This document shows positions 1-9,806 of a stretch of DNA of 60,000 nucleotides, piece after piece. The notes below the pieces were generated by a model. That model was not told the origin of the DNA and did not search any database. It worked only from the letters and a program-made list of their open reading frames with translations. The DNA lies in the NCBI RefSeq assembly GCF_037042905.1, contig NC_087245.1, positions 8,186,001 to 8,246,000 of the forward strand, read 5' to 3'. Within the stretch, counting starts at the first letter, position 1. Every line of letters starts with the position of its first letter. The stretch comes from Lytechinus pictus (taxonomy: Eukaryota). Made by a program: the position numbers and the translations under genes.

Positions 1-1339
1 ATGGACCCAGTAGGTAAATAGCCTGTAGGCTGCGTATCTGTAGGAACTGGAAAAAAGGGGAAGAAAATCATTACTGACATTGATAATGAATTTTAACATC
101 ACATAACGCAAATGTTAGAAAACACGGTATTGACTTTGCAGTTGTGGGTAGATTACCGTAATCCTCCTAATTATTACATGCATCAATAGCAAGGTAGTAT
201 TAATTTCTGATGACATATTACATGTACATGTCCCCGGGGGGGGGGGGGGGGTAGGGCCACTTCCATTGACGAGTGGATACCATGCGGGGCCTTGGGTATT
301 TCCATTAAAATGTCTGAAAATGCACCCCTTGCACCTGTTGGAAACAAAACGATACTCTTTCCAGTCTTGGCAAGTTCCCTGAATTGACCCCCTTAACAAG
401 TACAGCAATATTTCTATTGTTATTTCACGGCTGTCGGCCTTCGGTTTTACCTTCTCCAACATCATTGGGCTTAATACAGCCCCAACTCTCACATCTCGCT
501 CAAATCGTATTCTAAACACATACTGTAGTGTTGACTCTCGGTGCAAAAGTACATGATTACATCCTTACATTATTTTTACTAAAAAACTAAGTCTTAAGTT
601 TTTACACCCTTCCAAATTTGACCCTAACACGAAGCTTTTATAGCAAAAAATAGATACCCTTTTTATAATTTTATGTTTTCGACACCCTTACCAAGCTACG
701 TACATAACGTGCCCTATCTTGAAAAAGACTTCCTTTTCACATATTTTTGGGGTCGTATCTACTAATCAATGTAGGCCTACATGTAACAAGTGCCCCCCCC
801 CCCCCCTCGGGTTACATGTATAAAAAATTTTTTTTTTAATGGGTGGGTTCACGTCTGAATGTGTCCCACGTCTTGGCTAGTAGAACATGTATTTTATTGG
901 AAAGTGGCAAGGTCGCAAAGTCAAAGATATTGTCATTTCATTTCACTTACATGTTATCAAGCACTTCAGGCAAGTTCCTTCGATGCCCTCTTGAATCAAG
1001 TCTGGCGACAAGGGCTGTCCGCAAAACCACCCTCTCCATGCATACTTTCTGAAAGTCCTCGTGTCTCACAATGCAAGTTATCCTTGCATCTAGAAACCGA
1101 TCACAGTTGTCCACTTCATGGCAACAGCGACACTGAATCACTGACGGCATGGGCACACAGCTCCCACACTCACACCAGTCGTTGTTGCCCATTCTATTCG
1201 GAGCTGGTACGGGGTCAGGTCCGGGTGGCGGCTGCACCGGTGGAGCAGCTGCTGCGGCGGCCGCTCGGGCTCGTCGACGAACCATCAGTTCTTCCTCGGT
1301 GTACTTTGGCTGGAAATCGTAGCCACGAGGCCCTTCCAT
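1..1339 (-). CDS. Stand-alone P2X7 cytoplasmic-ballast / Nanor / KolX-like Cys-rich protein, complement(join(<1..46,951..1339)), 3' end outside window
   Basis: ATG at 1339 gives MEGPRGYDFQPKYTEEE...RMGNNDWCECGSCVPMPSVIQCRCCHE...CIVRHEDFQKVCMERVVL...LDN. A GTAAGT donor at 950 and a ttttttccAG acceptor at 47-48 continue in frame as (I)SYRYAAYRLFTYWVH, the typical motif order of this domain family. Confidence 0.88.
233..811. mobile_element. Non-autonomous TIR element (CCCGGG-polyG...CACT ends) inside the intron of the KolX-like gene
   Basis: Left end CCCG(G)nTAGGGCCACTT; right end AAGTG(C)nTCGGG. No clear TSD. Confidence 0.6.
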
Positions 1340-2039
1340 GAGCTTCAATTTCAAGATCACGAAATTAAAACAAGAGTCGAAAACCCGCGATGACGAAAGA
1401 TTTACTCGTAAATGATCAAATAAGTAAATATTTTTTAAAAAAATGAAAGTTCCGAGTGCAATCGAGTACGGTATAGCGTTGAAGACTACGAGCGACAAAG
1501 TGATAAAGCCGTTTCGCGTTTTTCTGAGTGGCCAATCTGAGAATAATCATTCTTATTTTTTTGTTTTTTCATTTTTCTCTTTGATATTGTATTAAAAAAA
1601 ATTTAAAAAATATTAAATGTGTTTAATAAATATTTAAATGCACCTGGCAATTTTTTTTTTTTTTTTGGACAAAAAATACATGTATCAATCATCATGATGG
1701 TGTTCATTTATTGTCCAATGAGAAGACGTCTTTACGTAGTCCGGGCCATACGTCACGAATATCGCTGAGAAGTCAAACAATGGCGGCTTCCATGGGTGAG
1801 AAAAATTGATTCAATTAAATGCAATTTTCTCTGCAATTTGGAATCGGGGAGACATGAACGACATGTCATTAGAAAGGTCAAAGATAGGCCTTTCTTATGA
1901 CGTCGTTTTTTCCCTGCCCTGGATTCCCCTTTAAGTAATTGCATACCTTGGGCCGGAGTTATTGAAAAAAATCCTCTGGATGATTGAGAAATCTGTCATC
2001 TAAGACATTTTCACCTGACCTGACGGTTTTTCTTGCAAG

Positions 2040-2292
2040 TTGCCATCTTGAATGACGTCATTATCGTTATTAACTTAATGTCTCGAATCGATATATCGCG
2101 ATTATAACTAGAACTAGTACTAGTATAACTAGTATCGTTTATCTTCGGTTTCGTTCGCATATGGAGCAGATCGTATAATATCGAAAGCAATATCGATATC
2201 ACATTCGTGATTGTTGACGTTCGTTTGTAAATATTTTATAGTTTGGCTGCCATTTTGACCATTTTTATCGTGTTCAACCCAATTAAACATCG
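2040..2292 (+). promoter_or_regulatory. Probable ZNF706 promoter and non-coding first exon
   Basis: CpG-richer patch with TATCGATA (DRE-like) at 2191-2198, YY1-like GCCATCTT (~2042) and GCCATTTT (~2249), and a donor CG|GTAAAG at 2292/2293. The ZNF706 ATG exon starts at an acceptor, so an upstream exon is required. Confidence 0.5.
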
Positions 2293-3613
2293 GTAAAGTA
2301 TATTTTTCATGCCTTTTTCATCTATATCGTTTAAAGTATTTAAACATTAAAATATAAAGTTTTAAAAGTTTGTTGTTTATACATCCTTAGATTGTAAATT
2401 CGATGTGTAAAATTACATCAAACTTTGGACTGTGAATTGACAAAAGGGAGGGAATGAGAACACATGCGAGCCCACACGTACACCCTACCGTCGGTAAATG
2501 GGGATTACAGTAAAATGTCAGAAATTGTTGAATAAATCCCCAGAAACGACGGTTATTCCTGTCTAGCTAAGTAGGCGTTGTACAATACGGTATGATGCAC
2601 TCACACGTATGTTGCGAGGTTAGTATAGTGAGTGATTGTATTACCGCACGCATCATATTCATACGCATCAGAAAATAAATTCATACGCTCAAAATTTTGC
2701 AACATCCTTCCAAAGAGAACTTGAATAGAAATTGATGAAAAATGGTCAAAAACACAAAATGGCAGGATGGTTGCAGTGAACAAGTGGTTATATCATAACC
2801 TTGTTCATTGAATGAGTGACCTCGGCCTGCATGGCCTGGAAAGTGGCTTCGCATGTTTCTTCCACGGAAATAAAAGGAAGGTCGTTGTTGGCACTAATAC
2901 AGTTCACAACCTTAATTCAGCTTGTCAGTATTTTTTAAATTAGATTCTTGATTCATTGTATGCACAATTCCAATGATTGTTTGATAAAATAGAGACCAAA
3001 TGCAATAACTTAAAAAAAAAACTTTTTTATTATTTTTGCTGACGATAATACTTTTTGGAAAATATTCAAAGCGATGACAAATTAAACAAAAAATATAGAA
3101 AATTCTACGTACCTTGCACGAAGCCCCGCAAGTGCTACCGTTTGTTTGTCAATTAACGTTCCACCAAAGTCTTTACAGTAAAAAGATTGGACACTTTGCC
3201 GACTTCGCGTAACGCTTTGCATGGATTTACATGTAAGATAGTTTTTGTGTCTAGTCTTTCCCTTGTAGTGTCTTTGATATGAAGATAAATCGCGCGCCCT
3301 CTTTCGCTCATTAGACAAAAAATTTGAGAACTCGCAAGGTTGCGCCGTATTTTGTCAACGAGAAGAAAAATCAATGCTTAAATGACGCTATTTGAGGGAT
3401 ATTCATCATATTAGGAGGAATTGACTTTGCATCGTTTGGTAAGTTTCGTAGGAGGACTTCATTCTGTAAATCCTCTTATTAAATTTGCGGGAAATGTTTA
3501 GTATTGTTGAATGCGCCGTGCCTTCAATTTTCCTGTACACGGCGGCAGAGATGCACCCATGGGTGGGTATGATGTAGTCTTGAGGACTCCATCCATGATG
3601 ATGTCTTTTTTCA

Positions 3614-4214
3614 AGGTCAAGTCCACCTCAGAAAAAAAGTTGTTTTGAATCAACAGAGAAAAATCAGACAAGCATAATGCTGAAAATTTCATCAAAATCG
3701 GATGTAAAATAAGAAAGTTATGACATTTTGAAATTTTGCTTACCATATTTTTCACAAAATAGTTATATGCACAATTTAGTCACATGCATATGAGAGAATC
3801 AATGATGTCCCTCACTCACTATTTCTTTTGTTCTTTATTGTTTGAATTATACAATATTTCAATTTTTACAGATTTGACAATAAGGACCAACTTGACTAAA
3901 CCATATAATGTTAAGCAATGGTAACTCCATGTTTAGTGAGAAATAAAACTTTGTTTCACAGGATAATGAGGAGAAAATTTGAATATTTCATATTTCAAAT
4001 AATGAAATACAAAAGAAAAAGTGAGTGATATCATCAGTTCCCTCATTTGCATCCCGACCAGGATGTGCATATAACTATTATGTGAAATTAAACGACTCTT
4101 TAAAATGTCATAACTTTCTTATTTTACATCCGATTTTGATGAAATTTTCAGTGTTATGTTCGTTGGATTTTTCTCTTTATTCAAATCAACTTTTTGTTGG
4201 GGTGGACTTGTCCT
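3614..4214. mobile_element. Kolobok-like MITE with long (~120 bp) imperfect TIRs
   Basis: AGGTCAAGTCCACC...GGTGGACTTGTCCT. Subterminal TGAAAATTTCATCAAAATCGGATGTAAAATAAGAAAGTTATGACATTTT is mirrored at both ends. Flanks TTCA/TTGA are degenerate TTAA. Confidence 0.85.
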
Positions 4215-5436
4215 TTGAATACTTTGACATATACTTCTTCATCATTGGTAGACAGCTGGCAGCCGTCTGTTTCGAGGACTTTTTAAACTTTTTTTTTTCT
4301 TCTAAATTTCTCCTCGTACACAGATGGCTCGCTATCGTGCAGCCACCATTAGGGGATTAACAATGCAAAATCCCCCTGACAGGGCTTATCGATTTTTGTC
4401 TTTATTTCATAAAAATATATAAAAAGAACTGTACCAAAAGAAAGATTATTATTCCGTTTTGGCCAGAAATGCACCAAAACGGGGAAAAATAAACTTATAA
4501 GGGGGGAAAAATAAACTTAAAAGGGGGGAAAAACAGTGACTTACTTCGGCTGTCGCGCAACTTCACTCCCCTGTTTTATCCCGTTATATTATATAACCTC
4601 ATTCGTAGGATGAGTGTTTTATCCGAACTTAATACATAAACATATGGCCATTGAGTCCCCTGTACAGATCGCGCTAGAACTTCGGTCTCTGTATTTGGTG
4701 AGTGAAGCCAACGGAGTTCAGCGGAACAACCAACATAACAGAGACCAAAGCTTTTGGTCTACATCATTGGAGTCTTGAACTGCCCTTCATATATGTATAA
4801 GAGACACATGTATGTAAACAAAGATGGATTTCCCTAGGAAATCCATCTTTTAATATAAAAATCACATAAATTGTAATTTTATTAATCTCTACAGTCTACA
4901 CCTTCCTACGCCTAATGCGCCGTAAGAAAGTTATAAAAAAAAAGTCAATTAAAATGTTTAAAAATGAAGGTTTCTTACCAGACCGATGTCGTGTAGATCT
5001 AACTTATGTAGATCCCTCGATCCAAATGTACACAACGCAAATACAATAGGGTCGACCCTTGAACCGCTTATGTATGACATACATGCGGTTAGCGATGCCG
5101 TTTTGAAGAACAATTTATAGATAAAAATTATTATTTCACAAATTCTAAAATTTATTAATTATTATCGTAGGTGGTTTTCTACGCTCGTTATGCAACTCCT
5201 GGGGAAAAATGAGATTGATCGGTTGAGTCATGCATGAGTAAATAAAGATTGAATTAAAAATGACAATTTTTGAAAGTCACAAGAGTCGTTATTCAGATTG
5301 TGCAAATACAAAGTTGGGCAAAAGTTGTTTTTAGGTGAATTTTATGGTGTTAATGCTGTTTTACTATCCATTATTTAGCCACCCCACACACAATTTTGAT
5401 ATCGTATGTTTATGGTTAAGTGAGCACAATGTATTG

Positions 5437-5583
5437 CAGGGGCCGCGGAAGCGGGGGGGGGGGTTTACCCCCTCCACTTTTGTTCCAAAAGCATGTACAA
5501 AAATGTATAAATGACCATACGATTGTGATTTTTTGCATGGTCAGCCCCCCCCCCCCACTTTGAAAACTGTTCCGCAGCCCCTG
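5437..5583. mobile_element. Short MITE, CAGGGG ends, 5-bp TSD TATTG
   Basis: CAGGGGCCGCGGAA...TTCCGCAGCCCCTG, with TATTG at 5432-5436 and 5584-5588. Confidence 0.8.
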
Positions 5584-6163
5584 TATTGTGACGTATCATC
5601 ATAGGGGTTTATGGTAGTATCCTCTAAAACTTGTTAGATCATGTAAAAACTTGAAAATGTTGGTGACTCCCCCGATTATAGGCCCCTCCCCCATTTTAAA
5701 ATTCTGGAACCACCACTGATTTGTCCATAAATTAAACTGATCCTGAGAAATTGTTAGGAAAAGAATACATTTATGTAGTATAAAGAGTTTTCGAATGTGC
5801 TCGCTCAACCATGAAAATGTTAAAAGTTCGGAGAGTGTGTGGTGATAGAAATGATGGATGATAAACACAACAGCAATTAAAGTCACATTTGAAACCGAAT
5901 TTGCCCCCAATACTCACTTTAATACCCTTTAAAATGAGTCTGTGACATTGAAAATACCCCTTTTCCCACTTTGATGCATGCTCACTCATCCATGAATAAA
6001 CAATTCGATTTCATTTTTGCACAGAATTCTGCCTATAGGTTGATAAACATTACTGCCAAATGACATTGCCAAAGACAGCCTTGAAAAAAGTTCCACCATA
6101 TTGAATAAGGGGTTACTTATTCTTAAACATATGCACCCATAATGTACACAATGTCTATGAGAG

Positions 6164-8734
6164 GGGCAAGTCCAAGAATTCGCGCGCGTTACGTATGGGA
6201 CATTTCAGAGGCTTTAATGACCTGAAAAATAGTGTTAGATGACTCTGATTAGATTGAATACCCTCATGATGGTAGACATCTAGGAGAAGAATAATCATGC
6301 AAAAAATTGTGACATATGACCTTGACCTTTTAGAGAGAAAAGATGTGCTGTTACGTATGGGACGCAGAAAAAAGACAACTTTTATAACATTTTTTCGAGT
6401 TGAGAATTCTCTGAAAGTATTTCATTTGACAACTTGTAACTTAGTGTGATAGAAGTCATAATACTCTAGTATATCTACGGCAAGTTTCATGTCATAAGCA
6501 AAAACCCTCTAATTACAGACTCTAATTAAACAAATTAATGACATGTTACGTATGGGACAGTTACGTATGGGACATTTTGTCCCCATAGAAAACGTACACA
6601 ATTTTCCCCATAATTCAAAAAATTGAAATGATTTAAAATATGGAAATAACTTAAGAGTTTCTGTCTTTTAAAATGTTCTATTGAGACATATTTGATATGA
6701 CTGAAAAGGAAATTAGCCATTTCAATTTTTTTTCTTGTTTTTCATGGTTTCATGAATTTCTTATGTATTTCTATTGTTTTTTTTTTTTTTCATATTTTTC
6801 CATTTTCACAATTTGTTTGCTTCAATTGTTTTCATTAATCAGTATTCATAACAAATCAGTCTTTAAAAACTAAACAAAAGGTAAATAATCACTTTTTAGA
6901 GCACTCTGAAATTTGTTTTCTCCATTCACTTTGTACACAAATCTCCCCATTGACATCGTGTGTAAATGTCCCATACGTAACATGTTGTCCCATACGTAAC
7001 AATTTTTTAATTAACTTTTAATTAAAAAGTAAACTCTAATTTTTGAAACTTTTTGAGGTATAACATTTTCATACTGTATAAATTAGAACTTCCCAGAGAT
7101 GCAGCAATACAAGTATTGTATTATGAGAAATAACTTAAAAAAACGTCCTCAAAATGTTACGTATGTGACATTCCATCCTTGGACAAGACCTAATTTGCAT
7201 AATTAATTAGATGACACCACTTTTTTCCCCCAAAAGTATTAAGATGTTAGGGGGTCCATGTCCCACCTATGACTAAATCTTTGTTTTGTTTTTATTTTCT
7301 ATGAGTTTTTATAATTGTCCCATACGTAACACCCGTTTTACCAATTATGCAAATTAGCATAAATATGCATACCGTAAGTAACGGTGTATTAACCGCACCC
7401 GTGTATTAACCGCACCCCCCATTTTCGGATGAAAAAAAAAAAAAAAATCATCCAAAAAAAAAGTCATCAAACTGACTTTCTATCTCTAATATGCGTATTT
7501 AAGAAAGAGTCAAGAACCAAAAATGTAAAAAAAAAAAAAATCAAAGTATTACTGGTAAAAAAAATGATGGGAAATCAGCGCTTCGTCACTTATCTGCAAA
7601 TTGCCGACATTATTGGCCTACTACACACTCACCTCACACACACATATGGTACCGGTGTTCATTGCAAGTACCGATACCAGCATCAACATGGGGGCTCACC
7701 CATTCGAGAAGATCGTTCATACCATATTTCCTGCATCACAGCCCCACTTTTGCTTTCAGAATTCTGTCTAGCATTCAATGTCTTGACATGAATTTCAGAC
7801 ACGGGAATATGGGAAGGTTCAAGATACGAGAAATTTGCGATTTTGTTCAGGTGTTTTTCTTGTCTGCTTTGAACCACTACCGGTAGTTCTCAGTACGTGT
7901 GTGGCGGTATCTTACAGACAGCAAATAGGAAAAAAATGCTAGTACCGGTATACCGTATTTTCAATGGGAGCTCTGGGCGGGAATAGTCGGAAGGAATGAA
8001 GACGGGGATTGAAGATTGATTTTAAGTTGATGGATGATAGAGCAATGAAGGAAAGGCAAATGAAAGAAACTTTCTTATGTTTACCTCCCTCCTCATGGCA
8101 CAAAATTGTCAAATAATACCAATAATTTGTCAAACATTATAACAGCCACGGAAAGGTAAAGTGCCAGCTTACGTTGACGTTGCGATAAGCATTACATATA
8201 TGCGTGTCTTATTTGTCTAGCCGCACCGCGCTGTTGGGTCGATTGTCAATCGGCGTCTGAACTTTGTCGCGTTGACTAATAAATGACAACAAAGACAAAG
8301 TCACACCATTCAAAATGTCAGTTTCATGAAGGTAGGTGCGTTTGTTACCGTAATCTAACTTTGAGGGACATTTACGGTAGATACCGGTAGTCATAGTTGC
8401 TTTTCTTTTAAACCCGCGGCTCATGCCCCTCTAAACGGCATTGGCCCAAGCGGCTACGCTCGGCCACCCGGCGCAAGTTGTAAACTAGTAGTGGTATCGG
8501 GCCGAGATTGGCTTGGCTCAGACCTGTCACCGTGTATAAACCGCACCCCCGACTTTTGATTCTGTCCCGCCGAGAAAAAGGTGCGGTTAATACACCGTTA
8601 CTTACGGTATTATCAAATTTTCGTTAATGAAATTTTAAAATTCAACATTTGGGCTTTCTTACCCCACCAAAGATAACTTCTTAAATTAAAGATGAACTTT
8701 TGCCTTCTAGGGTGACCTTTTCTTGGACTTGCCC
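6164..8734. mobile_element. Non-autonomous Sola2-like DNA transposon (GGG termini, 4-bp TSD AGAG)
   Basis: Perfect 15-bp TIR GGGCAAGTCCAAGAA/TTCTTGGACTTGCCC. AGAG at 6160-6163 and 8735-8738. About 8 internal copies of GTTACGTATGGGAC in both orientations. Confidence 0.8.
7372..8607. mobile_element. Non-autonomous Tc1/mariner (pogo/Tigger-like) element nested in the Sola2-like element
   Basis: Perfect 28-bp TIR CCGTAAGTAACGGTGTATTAACCGCACC, TA TSD on both sides, and extra subterminal GTGTAT(T/A)AACCGCACCCCC copies at ~7401 and ~8532. Confidence 0.9.
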
Positions 8735-8784
8735 AGAGAGGAAGTCAAAATGTGAAATGAGGGTTTGTTTCATGGACGGTTATT

Positions 8785-8924
8785 GTCTCGCCTGCATAGC
8801 AGAGCGAGACTTTAGGCGCCGCTTTGGCGGCGGCGTCAACATCAAATCTTAACCTAAGGTTAAGTTTTTGAAATGACATCATAACTTAGAAAGTATATGG
8901 ACCTAGTTCATGAAATTTGGACAT
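8785..8924 (+). mobile_element. 5' fragment of Helentron/HINE-like repeat family
   Basis: Same 5' end (GTCTCGCCTGCATAGCAGAGCGAGAC...GGCGGCGGCGTCAACAT) as the copies at 10049 and 55292. Confidence 0.7.
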
Positions 8925-9806
8925 CGTGCGTATAAAAGTTGTTCGTAACTTTACGAACAGCTTTATGAAACACCCCCCCGGACTAAGATGCTTTACTGAC
9001 CGAGCCAACTTCACTCAAATTTAACCATAAAAAGAAAAGAAAAGCAAGATAAGAAGTTGTCAAAAACAGCCTGCAATCTGCATCATGGAGAAAAAATCTA
9101 TTTGAATTATGTTCTATTATCTAAAAATAAGGTTAGCTATGCTAAAAATATAGGGCATGGCTCAGCTCACAGAAAAAGAAGAAACCAGCCCCTCTTTTGT
9201 TCTTTCTTTTTTAAAAACAAAATAGAACAATTTCTGCACTCAAATTGATCCATCTCTGATATTGAGGAGTTTGTGTCATACAGCTTTTTCTTTCATATCT
9301 TTCAAGCATCAGTTACCGTACATAGAACATGTTGAAAGTTTTAATATTTTCTAATCAGAATCTTTCGGTCATTGCTTTTATCGATTATCCTTCCCCTACT
9401 AAACATTGGATAAACAAGTTTCTGATATTTGACATTGAAAGTGAGGTTGACAAAGAATATTACTGTAACTATAAGAGTGTAATAATATTGAAGGCCTTGA
9501 ATTTCAGTATTTTTATGGCAAAAACTTACCCATAGCCTATGATACATTTCTTTTTTTTTTTCATTACTTGTGAGAACAATTTATTTTAAAAGAAGGTTAC
9601 TTCGAGTATCCAAGGCCAATGGGAGGGGCATTGAAGCCATTCATTGGGGTGACCAAGGAAATGGCTTTGGATGGCATTGGAATGATTGGATTATTTAAGC
9701 CCCGTGATATATGCTGACCAAACGTTTTTTTAATTAACATTTATTGATTATGGTTTATTTGTTTTTAATTTATCTTTTTCTTTATTTATCTGGCCTTCTT
9801 GTAGCC

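Larger units (their letters stand above)
1..1930 (-). mobile_element. Putative Kolobok-type DNA transposon carrying the P2X7-ballast/KolX-like gene (only one end in window)
   Basis: Minus-strand end reads TTAA|AGGGGAATCCAGGGCAGGG (TTAA at 1931-1934), the same TTAA|AGG architecture as the other Kolobok-like elements here. The cargo ORF starts about 590 bp inside. Confidence 0.55.

Noticed and set aside
1340..1498. N-terminal extension of ORF 947..1498
   Set aside because: It starts at a non-ATG codon and is low-complexity; family similarity begins at the ATG at 1339.
1340..1930. Possible long terminal direct repeat with its own inner TIR (composite Kolobok architecture)
   Set aside because: No inner copy of the AGGGGAATCC terminus was found, and it cannot be tested without the other end.
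4791..4808. ATATGTATAAGAGACA, similar to the Tn5 mosaic end / Nextera adapter
   Set aside because: Imperfect, single, short match in AT-rich DNA; most likely chance.
8209..8424. ORF inside the mariner-like element as a transposase
   Set aside because: 71 aa with no recognisable HTH or DDE motif.
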